From: Candidatus Andersenbacteria bacterium RIFCSPHIGHO2_02_FULL_46_16
GTDB lineage: Bacteria; Patescibacteriota; Andersenbacteria; UBA10190
DNA length: 64,000 nt
Assembly: GCA_001817065.1 (NCBI GenBank)
Contig: MHHQ01000009.1
Span: forward strand, 16,211-80,210
Direction: 5' to 3'
The position numbers and the translations under genes were made by a program. Shown here one piece after another: positions 18,298 through 27,604 of the stretch (position 1 is its first letter; each line of letters opens with the position of its first letter). The notes beneath the pieces were generated by a model. The model worked only from the letters and a program-made list of their open reading frames with translations, was not told the DNA's origin and ran no database searches.

Positions 18298-18642
18298 CGG
18301 TCTATAGAAGTAGATGTCGTGGTATAGGATGGAAGGCCGGGAGATGGGGATGTGGTCTTAGGTGGCGGACATGGCTTTAAGGTTAGTTAGAACTGCTCAA
18401 CAACCAATTTAGCAGCCGCTTTGATGGGTAACAAAGACGCCAGAGACTGACAGGAAAGAGTAACTGCTCACAGGTTAAGGGTGGATTACTAGGTTAAGCC
18501 ATATTTAGAGCCAGAAAAAGAAGGTTTTCTTAAAAGTGAAAAATTATAACGTCTTATCTTAGCCAATAGTCTTCCTCGACCAGTGAGCAGTTACAGGAAA
18601 GAGTCTGGACAGATGGAAGATGATATACTATAACAATCTCTT

Positions 18643-20526
18643 ATGCGATCAGACAAAATAGTAATTGGCGCTAGGCGGATAGGTGAAGGCGAACCAGTAT
18701 TTATAATTGCCGAGGCCTCGATTAATCATAACGGGAGCATCAAACGGGCGCGACAGTTGATCAAAGCGGCAGCTGCTACTGGGGCCGACGCAGTGAAGTT
18801 CCAGAAGCGTAATTTGGAGGAAGTTTACCAGAAAAAACTGTTAGATAATCCCAATAGTGCTGAACAGAAATATCAATATTTGATTCCTTTGCTAAAGGAA
18901 TTTGAGTTGCCGGATGAAGCATTTGTAGAGCTGGAAAAATATGCGGAAGAGCTAGGTATCATTTTTCTGGTTAATGGCTGGGACGTGAAGAGTGTGGGAT
19001 GGATTGAAGATAATTTGCATATTCCGGTACATAAAGTCGGGTCGCCGGACATGACTAATGACGAGCTGCTGGAAGTTATCGCAGCGACCAAGAAGCCGAT
19101 GATTGTTTCAACGGGGATGAGCAGGGAAGAGGAAATTGACCATATGGTGCTGCTGCTGCAAGGTTTAGGCACCAAGTTTGCTTTGATGCATACAAACAAT
19201 ATTTATCCGGCACCGTTTGATGAAATTAATTTGAAGTTTATGGATCGGCTGCGTAAATATGGTCTGCCGGTAGGTTATTCTGGTCATGAGCGAGGGATAG
19301 CGGTAGCGATCGCAGCTGTCGCGCGCGGAGCTGTGATTGTCGAACGTCATTTGACGGTCGACCGTTTACTGGAGGGGCCAGATCACAAAGCCAGTTTACT
19401 GCCAGAGGAGTTTAAGGAAATGGTAACGAGCATTCAACAGGTGGAGAAGTCCTTAGGGGATGGGCAGAAAAGGTTTATTCGGATAGAACAAATGAATCGG
19501 GAGCAACTGGGCAAGAGTATTGTGGCAAAAACTTTTATCAGTGATGGAACGGTCATTACCCGGGACATGTTGATGACCAGGAGTCCCGCGAAGGGTTTAT
19601 CGCCGCAAAGGATGGAAGAAGTAGTGGGGGTCATAGCACCCCGCGATATACCCGCGGGCGAAGCTTTGATGGAGGATGATTTAACAGCGGACGAGATATT
19701 ACAAACATTCAACGGACATGGTATACCATTGAAATGGGGACCAGTGGTTCGGCTGCGTGAGGATTTTGAACGATATATGGGTTTTGAACCCAAGGTCTTT
19801 GAGTTTCATTTAAGTGATAAAGATTTGGATGAGGAAGTGCCCCAGGGTAAATTTCAGCAAGAGGTGGTCGTGCATGCGCCAGAGTATATGCACCGGCTGT
19901 ATTTGAATCCGGCGACGGAGAATAAGGAAGAGCGGCAAATTGCCATTAAGACATTACAGCGCAGTATCCAGGTAGCGGAGCAGCTGGCCGAATCGTTCAA
20001 GGGACCGGCGAAGTTAGTGATTCATCCTTGCGGCGTAACCTTGCAACCGGCGACGGATGCGGCAAAGCTGCTAGAAATATTTGTGGATACACTGCAGCAG
20101 CTAAAGACGAATAATGTTGAACTGCTGCCGGAGAATATGCCGCCGCGGCCCTGGGTATTTGGGGGAGAGTGGGTAGGTAATATATTTCTGCTGGATGAAG
20201 AAATTAAACGGTTTCTAAATCAGACGGGACATAAGATGTGTTTTGACACATCACATGCAGCACTGGCGTGTAATGCTGCCGGTTATGATTTAATAAGAAT
20301 GGTACGAGAATTAAAACCTTATATTCGCCATTTGCATGTGTCTGATGCTAGCGGGATTGGGGATGAAGGATTACAAATTGGTGAAGGGACAATTGATTGG
20401 GCGAAGGTATTTAGGGAGTTAGAAGGTTATCAGTATACGATGGTACCAGAAATATGGCAGGGACATTTGCATGGCGGAAAAGGTTTTTTGCAGGGAATGG
20501 AGCATTTGCGTAAATATTGGCAATAA
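18643..20526 (+). CDS. N-acetylneuraminate/nonulosonate synthase (NeuB/PseI/LegI family) fused to a C-terminal xylose-isomerase-like TIM-barrel (sugar-phosphate isomerase/epimerase) domain
   Basis: NeuB N-terminal motifs (IIAEASINHNGS, AVKFQ, SGHERG) and a SAF domain, then a ~270-aa extension ending in HLHVSDASGIGDEGLQIGEGTIDW, typical of AP-endonuclease-2/xylose-isomerase-like barrels. 627 aa versus ~350 aa for a typical NeuB. Confidence 0.8.
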   Translation: MRSDKIVIGARRIGEGEPVFIIAEASINHNGSIKRARQLIKAAAATGADAVKFQKRNLEEVYQKKLLDNPNSAEQKYQYLIPLLKEFELPDEAFVELEKYAEELGIIFLVNGWDVKSVGWIEDNLHIPVHKVGSPDMTNDELLEVIAATKKPMIVSTGMSREEEIDHMVLLLQGLGTKFALMHTNNIYPAPFDEINLKFMDRLRKYGLPVGYSGHERGIAVAIAAVARGAVIVERHLTVDRLLEGPDHKASLLPEEFKEMVTSIQQVEKSLGDGQKRFIRIEQMNREQLGKSIVAKTFISDGTVITRDMLMTRSPAKGLSPQRMEEVVGVIAPRDIPAGEALMEDDLTADEILQTFNGHGIPLKWGPVVRLREDFERYMGFEPKVFEFHLSDKDLDEEVPQGKFQQEVVVHAPEYMHRLYLNPATENKEERQIAIKTLQRSIQVAEQLAESFKGPAKLVIHPCGVTLQPATDAAKLLEIFVDTLQQLKTNNVELLPENMPPRPWVFGGEWVGNIFLLDEEIKRFLNQTGHKMCFDTSHAALACNAAGYDLIRMVRELKPYIRHLHVSDASGIGDEGLQIGEGTIDWAKVFRELEGYQYTMVPEIWQGHLHGGKGFLQGMEHLRKYWQ

Positions 20527-20581
20527 GAATAATGAGTAAGATGATATTTTAAAAATAATTTTTACTAGATAGTCTAATAAT

Positions 20582-21370
20582 ATGTATAAGCTGAGAAAAT
20601 TTTATCCACCGGGATTTGATCCGCAGCAGTATTGGGAGGATAGATATGCACAGGAGCACATTGCAGGTCGGAGCAGCGATGAGTTTCGTAAACAAGGTTT
20701 TTGGCCACTAATGGAGCGTCATTTGCCGCGGGATAAAAAAGTGTTAGATGCTGGTTGCGGAGTCGGGGGATGGATTGTTTTTTTGAAGGAGGAGGGTTAT
20801 GACATCGAAGGCATTGATAACGCAGCGCGCATGGTTCGAGCAATGACGGAGTATGATCCTGACCTAAAGGTGAAGATAGCGGCGATTGATGCTATCCCCT
20901 ATCCAAACAACTGTTTTGGGGGAGTGGTAGCGGTCGGTACGCTAGAGTATGTAGAAGATAAGGTGGATGAGGCATTAAGAGAAGTGAATCGTGTTTTGAT
21001 GCCCAATGGAATATTCTTTTTGGAGGTACCAATTATCAATGGCTTGCGGCGATTTTTTTATATTCCATTGAAAGATCTAGAGAGGTGGCTCAAGGGAAAA
21101 AATAATCGACCGGTTTTCGCTAATTATTTCTTCGGTCGTCAGGAGTTAAGAAGGAAACTAGACGAGGCTGGTTTTACGGTTATTACAGAGCAGCCGCATG
21201 AACTGCCAGATGATCATAGTCATTATGGTCTGTACGTGGATTGGAAATGGTTACGAGGAAGCCAGCCTTATCGGCTAAATATTGTTGGGTTAGCCATAAA
21301 AAAATTAGCCAACATTGTATCACCATGGATAGCTTCAACAGGAATGGTGATAGTCGCTAAGAAGCGTTGA
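20582..21370 (+). CDS. Class I SAM-dependent methyltransferase
   Basis: VLDAGCGVGGW motif I. 262 aa. Confidence 0.7.
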   Translation: MYKLRKFYPPGFDPQQYWEDRYAQEHIAGRSSDEFRKQGFWPLMERHLPRDKKVLDAGCGVGGWIVFLKEEGYDIEGIDNAARMVRAMTEYDPDLKVKIAAIDAIPYPNNCFGGVVAVGTLEYVEDKVDEALREVNRVLMPNGIFFLEVPIINGLRRFFYIPLKDLERWLKGKNNRPVFANYFFGRQELRRKLDEAGFTVITEQPHELPDDHSHYGLYVDWKWLRGSQPYRLNIVGLAIKKLANIVSPWIASTGMVIVAKKR

Positions 21371-21395
21371 CTAATTTTTACTTGGTAACATCAGA

Positions 21396-21491
21396 TTAAA
21401 AACCTCCGCCAAAAACAGCGAGACCGACCGTAAGTGCAATGAAAACAAGTAGAGCGAAAGTTAGCCACTGCATCGTATTTTGCTCATTCAT
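21396..21491 (-). CDS. Small (31 aa) single-TM peptide, hypothetical
   Basis: Strong SD (gggaggtgatcc) 7 nt upstream of the ATG. Translation MNEQNTMQWLTFALLVFIALTVGLAVFGGGF. Confidence 0.3.
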   Translation of the reverse strand: MNEQNTMQWLTFALLVFIALTVGLAVFGGGF

Positions 21492-21716
21492 GAAGGATCA
21501 CCTCCCGTAGTTTATCTATAAAAGATAGATAACTAGTAATTATTAGTTTACCTCAATTTGTTTGAAGTGGCGAATAAGGTGTTTCCATAGACTTGAAGAG
21601 GTAAAGTGAGAGAGAAAGTAGTCAAATGCGGTGCAACTAAAGATGCGCTATACTTGACTTATAGACGATAACGCGTAGTCTTCTACTTTATTAGTATACG
21701 TCTTTAGCTTGAGCAA

Positions 21717-22469
21717 ATGAGCAGAGAAAACAAAAGTCTAAAAGGCAAGGTGGTGGTACTGACCGGTGGTGTCGGATTTTTAGGTCAGTACTTTAGTCGC
21801 TTATTGCGGGAAGTCGGGGTAGTCGTGATAGTGACTGATGTGGCTAAAGAAGCTGATGTGATAATGGACGTTACTGATCAAGACTCAATTGATCAAGGAT
21901 TAAAGGAGATTAGGCAGGAACAAGGGAAGATTGATGTGGTTATAAATAACGCAGCCATCGATCCTAAGTTTGATATTGGGGCGGCGCAGAATAAATACGA
22001 GTTTGTAAATTATCCAGAGGAGGCCATGCAGCAAAGTGTTAATGTTAATTTGCTGGGGACCTGGCGGGTTTGTAAGACAGCGATAAAAATTATGTGCGAG
22101 CAAGGCTTTGGCAATATTGTGAATGTAGCTTCGTTTTATGGAGTAACACCGCCGCGACAGGAAATCTATCCGACCGGCACAGAAAAACCGGTTGATTATC
22201 CGGTGACGAAAGCTGGAGTGATTATGCTGAGCAGACACATTGCGTCGCAGTTTGGCCGGGATGGGATCAGGTGTAATGTTTTAGCGCCGGGGGGAGTGGT
22301 TAGGGAACAGGCCAAGGATTTTCAGGAGAAATACAGTGAACACACGTCGTTAGGGCGGATGTCTACACCAGAGGAAGTAAGTGATGCGTTATTGTTTCTG
22401 GTAAGTGATAATTCTCGCGGGATGACCGGTGAAGTGCTGGTAGTGGACGCTGGCTGGCGATCTAGATAA
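21717..22469 (+). CDS. SDR-family oxidoreductase
   Basis: TGGVGFLG Rossmann motif, NNAAI, and a catalytic Y..K region. Confidence 0.8.
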   Translation: MSRENKSLKGKVVVLTGGVGFLGQYFSRLLREVGVVVIVTDVAKEADVIMDVTDQDSIDQGLKEIRQEQGKIDVVINNAAIDPKFDIGAAQNKYEFVNYPEEAMQQSVNVNLLGTWRVCKTAIKIMCEQGFGNIVNVASFYGVTPPRQEIYPTGTEKPVDYPVTKAGVIMLSRHIASQFGRDGIRCNVLAPGGVVREQAKDFQEKYSEHTSLGRMSTPEEVSDALLFLVSDNSRGMTGEVLVVDAGWRSR

Positions 22470-23411
22470 TTAAACAGAAGGCCAATGGGCCGGATCGACT
22501 AAGTTGGGATCGGCAATGGCTAGGTTGGATAGTTTGCCCAATACTGGTGGGCTAAGAGGGCCTTCTTTGATAGCAGACAGGGCGCTATGTAAATGCCGTG
22601 GTTCGATGGTGCCAATTAATATAGTGGAGACAGCGGGATGGGAGGTGGCAAAGCGGATGGCTAAGCTGGGCAAGTCGGTGGATAATTTTTTAGCTATGGC
22701 AGCGGCTTGGGCGGAATTTTCTTTTAGGGGATCTAAGGCGGGAGGAAGGTGCCAGACGGAGGAGGTGAGAGCTCCTTTTAATAAAACTGACCGATTAATG
22801 ATGCCAATATTACTGGCAAAAGCAGCGGGAAAGACTTGAGCTGCCATGCGTTGGTCAAGAATGCTGTAAGCAGTTTGAATGGTAGAGAAAAAGTTGGTTT
22901 CAATGGCAGCGAGGGGTGCATCGGTGCCGCGTGTGGCAATACCGATATGCTGTATTTTCCCCTCATCCTTTATACGTCGCAAAATATCTATTAATTCTCC
23001 ACGTTCCAACTGCTCGGCGGATCCGCCATGCAGCTGTAACAGCTGGAGGGAATCGGTGCGCAGGCGCCTAAGGCTTTCTTCTACCTCGCTCCTGATAGCC
23101 TGCTCCAATTCCGGGCCGCGCGGATCCTGGCCTTTTTCTAAAAATTGAGCACACTTGGTGCCAATAACAATTTGAGGCAGGCGAGCTATGCCAGATCGTC
23201 CGATACGTTCTTCTGCGACGCCATAGCTATGGGCAGTATCGAAATAGGTGATACCTAAGTCTACAGCGGTTTTAAGGATGCGATCTGCTTCTTTGTCAGT
23301 GGGAAGAGTAGTGACTCCAATACCATAAGGCAGACCAATCTCAACAGTTCCAAGACCAATGGAAGAAACATTTAATTTGGTGGAACCTAAGGGGTGACTG
23401 GTTAATGCCAT
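22470..23411 (-). CDS. Aldo/keto reductase family oxidoreductase
   Basis: GLGTVEIG...YFDTAHSYG signature. 313 aa. Confidence 0.8.
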   Translation of the reverse strand: MALTSHPLGSTKLNVSSIGLGTVEIGLPYGIGVTTLPTDKEADRILKTAVDLGITYFDTAHSYGVAEERIGRSGIARLPQIVIGTKCAQFLEKGQDPRGPELEQAIRSEVEESLRRLRTDSLQLLQLHGGSAEQLERGELIDILRRIKDEGKIQHIGIATRGTDAPLAAIETNFFSTIQTAYSILDQRMAAQVFPAAFASNIGIINRSVLLKGALTSSVWHLPPALDPLKENSAQAAAIAKKLSTDLPSLAIRFATSHPAVSTILIGTIEPRHLHSALSAIKEGPLSPPVLGKLSNLAIADPNLVDPAHWPSV

Positions 23412-23483
23412 ATTTGCAGCGTAGCATATTGAGAGAAATTACTATCTATTCAGAGTCCAAATGCGTATGCGTGAAGGCAGAGG

Positions 23484-24127
23484 TTAAGTTAATAGACGAA
23501 GTGGCACTTTAATAATAATTTTTTGCACAAAAGTAGTAGAGGGATGAGAAAAACCAGGCCGGTGGGCGTCATAGGGGAAAAGAATTGCGACATAGCGGGG
23601 CAGCATGGGAATAGATTGGGCGGCTGGTGTGGGATTGTATAGGACATAGTCTTCTTGGTCATTCCGCGAGACTGATATTAGACCGTCGACGGGAACTACT
23701 TGAATGATTTCGCTACCCGATAAACAAATATGGACATCTATAGATGTCACATTATGAAATGCCACTCTTAAATAAACGGGTGGCGGCGCGGGGGACCCCC
23801 ACCGAGCGCCTGCAGGCTGCCCGCCTGGCAGGCCGAAGCCGTCGGGTGGGGGTGCAGCGCCGACAGGGCCCGTCACTATATTTGTGGCATTTCATAATGT
23901 GACTTCCATATGTGACGCATATGTGACTCATATTTATCAGAGCTGGACTTTGTGGTGGGTATGGTTTTTAAATAAGCTTTAATGGTTGGGAGATTCGGAT
24001 TAATAAAAGTGTTGTTTTGATCGGAGAGCGGTATCTGAGTAAGCCAGGTAAAAACGGTGCGCCAAGCGGGATGTGGCAGTTGTTCATACACCTGGGCAAG
24101 GTTGTCCAGATCGCCAATGATAGACAT
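23484..24127 (-). pseudogene. YhcH/YjgK/YiaL (DUF386, NanQ-like) family gene disrupted by a MITE insertion
   Basis: The upstream fragment (24127->~23906: MSIIGDLDNL...KYESHMRHI) and downstream fragment (~23745->23484: ...HICLSGSEII...AILFPYDAHRPG...KIIIKV) together match the ~155-aa DUF386 layout (MIIG.L.NL, (E/K)xHxxYIDIQ, FFP.D.H.P, KVVVKV). They are separated by the 160-nt TIR element and lie in different frames. Confidence 0.5.
23737..23910. mobile_element. MITE family 2, copy 1 (TIR-flanked GC-rich core) inserted in the DUF386 gene
   Basis: 20-bp perfect terminal inverted repeats gtcacattatgaaatgccac (23745-23764) / gtggcatttcataatgtgac (23884-23903) flank a GC-rich core homologous to the element at 56639-56864. 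Confidence 0.5.
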
Positions 24128-24171
24128 AGGTTTGTCTTTAGGATAACCATTTAACTAGTAAAAGGAATATA

Positions 24172-25086
24172 TTGGTAGCAACACGGCTTGCGGTGCTGGT
24201 CAATCAATGGTATAGAGAACGCATGAGTCAGCAAAGCGATAATCCAAAGAGGGAACTGATAGAAACGGTGGCGATTATTCCGGCGCGGGGAGGCAAACAG
24301 AGCATCCCCTACAAAAATTTACAAAAACTTGGGGGGAGGACTCTGTTGGCATGGGCGGTAGAAGTGGCCTTAGCGGCTGAGAGCGTGGATGCTGTGTTAG
24401 TATCAACGGAAGACAAGAAGATAGCCCAAGAAGCAGAAAGGTTGGGAGCAATAGTAGTTCCCCGGCCAAAAAAATATTCGCAACCTCAGAGCAGCGATGC
24501 CGGTTGGTATTCCCATGCGGTGGACTGGATGGAAACAGAAAAAGGCTGGAAACCGGAATTATTGGTTAATTTACGGCCAACTAGTCCACTGCGGTTCGTG
24601 TATGATGTGGAGGCGATGGTTAAGTATATGAAGAACAATCCGCAGGCGGATGGTCTAAAAAGCGTTGTCTCGGCGCCTATACATCCTTATAAAATGTGGG
24701 TATTTGCTGGTGAAAACAGTGTCAATAATGATGAGTCAGGCTTATCAGGATCACAGGACGAAGATAGTGGCCGGGAATTAGCGGTTGGTGGGGCAGGGAC
24801 CCTTAAAGGAGTCTTTGATAATGATTTTCGCCGGCTGCATGGACCAGACCACCCCCGACAAAAAATACAAAAAAGCTGGCCGGTTTATTGGCAGGATGGG
24901 CAGGTAGATATTACACGTCGGCGTTTTGTTTTGCGCCCAGAATGTTTACAGTACAATAATGTTTGGGGAGAAAACTTGCATGGCTATGTGCTGGATCCGC
25001 GAACGAGTACCGACTTAGATACACTGGAGGATTTTCACCGAGCAGAAAAAATATATAAAGAGCTGCAAAAAGAACGAGGCAATTAA
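24172..25086 (+). CDS. Acylneuraminate (CMP-nonulosonate) cytidylyltransferase family protein (NeuA-like)
   Basis: VAIIPARGGKQSIPYKNL...VLVSTED...A..LGA pattern of CMP-NeuAc/CMP-Kdo synthetase-like enzymes. A likely later start lies at MSQQSD (24223). Confidence 0.7.
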   Translation: MVATRLAVLVNQWYRERMSQQSDNPKRELIETVAIIPARGGKQSIPYKNLQKLGGRTLLAWAVEVALAAESVDAVLVSTEDKKIAQEAERLGAIVVPRPKKYSQPQSSDAGWYSHAVDWMETEKGWKPELLVNLRPTSPLRFVYDVEAMVKYMKNNPQADGLKSVVSAPIHPYKMWVFAGENSVNNDESGLSGSQDEDSGRELAVGGAGTLKGVFDNDFRRLHGPDHPRQKIQKSWPVYWQDGQVDITRRRFVLRPECLQYNNVWGENLHGYVLDPRTSTDLDTLEDFHRAEKIYKELQKERGN

Positions 25087-25204
25087 AGAAAAATTGTCAG
25101 GCGGTTTTTATATTGTCTGGCGATAGACTTTAGTTTAGTGCGGCAGGTAGTTTTTGCTTGCTTTGACTGGGTCAGATTAGCCGAGCAGAAACCAAATAGT
25201 CTAA

Positions 25205-25525
25205 TTATTTTTGACGAAGCTCGTCTTCCAAATCTTTCATTCCCGCTGGCCCTTTTTGAGCGGCTTGTTCAATCTTGGAGCGAAGGTTAGCTGGCATCTT
25301 GGCTAGAAGCCCCTGCATTAAGTCTTCTGCTGTCACTGTGTCGTGATCGACGAGACGTGCTTGGTTTTCAGCCGCCTTGGTGAGTTGCTTTCGTACGGTT
25401 CCCTTCAACGCACTGGGTACGGGTGCTTGGCTGAGGGCTTTTTCTAAAGCTTGGGAAGCTGTGGGGTCCCAAGAGAGTGTTTTAGTGACACTTGGAGAGC
25501 TTTTTTTGGAAAATAATTTAAACAT
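25205..25525 (-). CDS. PCP_red-like domain protein (PF08369-like), hypothetical
   Basis: LSWDPTASQALEKALSQAPVPSALKGTVRKQLTKAAENQARLVDHDTVTAEDL resembles the protochlorophyllide-reductase 57 kDa subunit C-terminal domain that also occurs as stand-alone proteins. Confidence 0.35.
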   Translation of the reverse strand: MFKLFSKKSSPSVTKTLSWDPTASQALEKALSQAPVPSALKGTVRKQLTKAAENQARLVDHDTVTAEDLMQGLLAKMPANLRSKIEQAAQKGPAGMKDLEDELRQK

Positions 25526-25647
25526 ATTCCTTACTGTAATCGAGTGGCATAAAAGGTAAAGAGTAAAAATAGCGAAATGACTAATTGAAGTGGAAAATTA
25601 AGGATAAAGGTGAGAGAAAAATGAATTTTATTGTATGATGAACCGCG

Positions 25648-26379
25648 ATGATAAAACAATCAACAATGAAGGGACAAATTATAGTGCAGGGACGGAGGTA
25701 TGAATATACACTGCGGCGAAATAGGCGAGCTAGGCGTTTGATACTAAAAGTTGGTCCGGTCGGGGACATAGTGGCAGTTATGCCGTGGCGTGTGTCCAGG
25801 AAAGTAGCGGAAGAATTTGTTTTAAGTAAGGCAAAGTGGCTGGATCAAGCCATAAAGAAACAAGAAGAAAAACCTGTGCAGCCATTGGTTGAATTTAGAT
25901 CGGGGGCTTGGCTGCCAATATTGGGGGACATGATACAGCTGTTGGTGACGGTCGAAAAAGATCGTCAGCGGACAAGTTTTATAGAAGAGGGTAATATGCT
26001 GCGAGTGGCGGTGTCACAATTCGCAGGAGTCAAGAAGGCGCTAGCCAAGTGGTATTGGACGAGAGTGAAAGGATATGTTAAAAAACGGGCAGATGATCTG
26101 GCCGATCAGATGGGGTTACGAATAGATAAGATTGTGATATCAAGTGCCAAGTCCCAATGGGGCAGTTGTATAAAAAGCAAAGGGAGGATTTCTATCCAGT
26201 GGAGACTAGCTCAAGCACCGCTCGGTGTGATTGATTATGTCATTACCCATGAAGTAATGCATTTAAAGTGCAGCGGTCACGGGAAGGATTTTTGGCAGGG
26301 AGTGGAAGAGGTCTGTCCGGATTATCGGGAACGGCGGCGGTGGCTGAAGGAGAACGGACATCGATTGTATTGGCGATGA
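25648..26379 (+). CDS. YgjP/DUF45-family metal-dependent hydrolase (SprT-like zinc metallopeptidase fold)
   Basis: C-terminal HEVMHLKCSGHGKDFW (HExxH...H) and an N-terminal basic region typical of DUF45. Confidence 0.7.
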   Translation: MIKQSTMKGQIIVQGRRYEYTLRRNRRARRLILKVGPVGDIVAVMPWRVSRKVAEEFVLSKAKWLDQAIKKQEEKPVQPLVEFRSGAWLPILGDMIQLLVTVEKDRQRTSFIEEGNMLRVAVSQFAGVKKALAKWYWTRVKGYVKKRADDLADQMGLRIDKIVISSAKSQWGSCIKSKGRISIQWRLAQAPLGVIDYVITHEVMHLKCSGHGKDFWQGVEEVCPDYRERRRWLKENGHRLYWR

Positions 26380-26477
26380 TGCAGTTTAGGATTGTTGCGA
26401 ATAAGGCACTTGTCGAGCAAGGTGTGATTTTTAATTAGTGTTTGACACTTGTTTATACCAGTAAATTTTACAATTTA

Positions 26478-26702
26478 TTCCACTGCGCAGAAAACCACGC
26501 CGCCGGTGGCGGGGGTGGATGAATCAGCGTCGCCAAGGCTTTGGCAGACAAGGAATGGGATAACCTCGCACTACCATTCAAAGCTCCGTGAGTAAGTGGG
26601 GTAGATAGTTGGTTGCTACGCGGGATTCCGCTATCCCACCCAGGGGGCGGGATGCCCCGTTATCGCGGGGACCGCCCCGCCTGCGGCGGGGTGGGGCTCC
26701 AT
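26478..26702 (+). repeat. Family-1 GC-rich structured element, long copy B (~225 nt), with hairpins at both ends
   Basis: 5' hairpin ccacgccgcc-ggt-ggcgggggtgg and 3' hairpin ccgccccgcc-tgc-ggcggggtgg. Internal core shared with copy A. Followed by a further GC-rich structured tract to ~26950. Confidence 0.5.
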
Positions 26703-27031
26703 AGGTTGTAAACAAGACATTAGGCTGATTGGTATGAGCTCACAAGACTGAAATGACGCCTGGCACAGCCGGCCCTATTCGCTCATTCTCTCTCGCCCCA
26801 GCGGCTCGTTGAGAGAGGAGTTCGGCCTGGTTGCCACGCCTACGCATGCAGCCTGCCGTCCGGCAGGCAGGCTTCGGCGGGGACCAGGCCGAAAAGACCT
26901 CACAATTCGCTCCTAGCACTGGCTGTGCGATGCTGGGTTAGCTAGGTTACTCGGGTTGGTGAGTAGATAAACTGATTGTGTTGACAGCCGAATAGATATA
27001 TGGTAGTCTATTAGTGATAATAATTTACTAA

Positions 27032-27331
27032 ATGGTTATGGCGTTCATAACAGGGGGGAACACAATGGTAATGGCGAGTGTGACGATGGGATTGATGCTT
27101 GTCGTATTAATGTTTTTGGTGTTATCGGCTTTTAATTTCGACAATTTGTTATCGGTGGCCAATATTGGCGGGAAGGGAGAACAAGAGAATGAGGAACCGG
27201 CACCTGAGCAGGTGACTGAGGAGCCAACGTTGGATGCGGAAGTAGCGCGTCAATTGTTAGGTTTTGTGGATTACCCGGTGGTAAAAGTGCGACCGACAGT
27301 GATCAGTTTATTCTCACCGGAAGCGCGATAA
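27032..27331 (+). CDS. Small membrane protein, hypothetical
   Basis: 99 aa, N-terminal TM, acidic tail. No homology recognised. Confidence 0.3.
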   Translation: MVMAFITGGNTMVMASVTMGLMLVVLMFLVLSAFNFDNLLSVANIGGKGEQENEEPAPEQVTEEPTLDAEVARQLLGFVDYPVVKVRPTVISLFSPEAR

Positions 27332-27604
27332 GTTATTGGAAGTCTCAGTGAGGTTGAGATACAGCAAAGATGTGCGTATATTTTCATTGATTTTAACCGC
27401 GACCGTTGTGTGCGAGCGGAGAGGGCTTGCGCGGAGAGTGTTACTTCTGATCAGGGGCATTGGGCCTGTCTGAACGGCCATGATTTTTGGGTTGGAAAAG
27501 AGTTGTCGTATTTAGAGCGGACTACTCAGTAATTATTGGGGGGCAAAAAATACAGCAAAAAATACAGGCTTGGCAAGTACACGGTTATCTGATAAACAGA
27601 CGTT

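Noticed and set aside
26690-26702. 12-mer gggctccatagg identical to the P4 5'-strand region of bacterial RNase P RNA (GGGCUCCAUAGG)
   Set aside because: The partner strand (ACAGAAnCCGGCUUA-like) is not found downstream and the order of motifs is wrong. The same terminus occurs in all three family-1 copies. Treated as coincidence.
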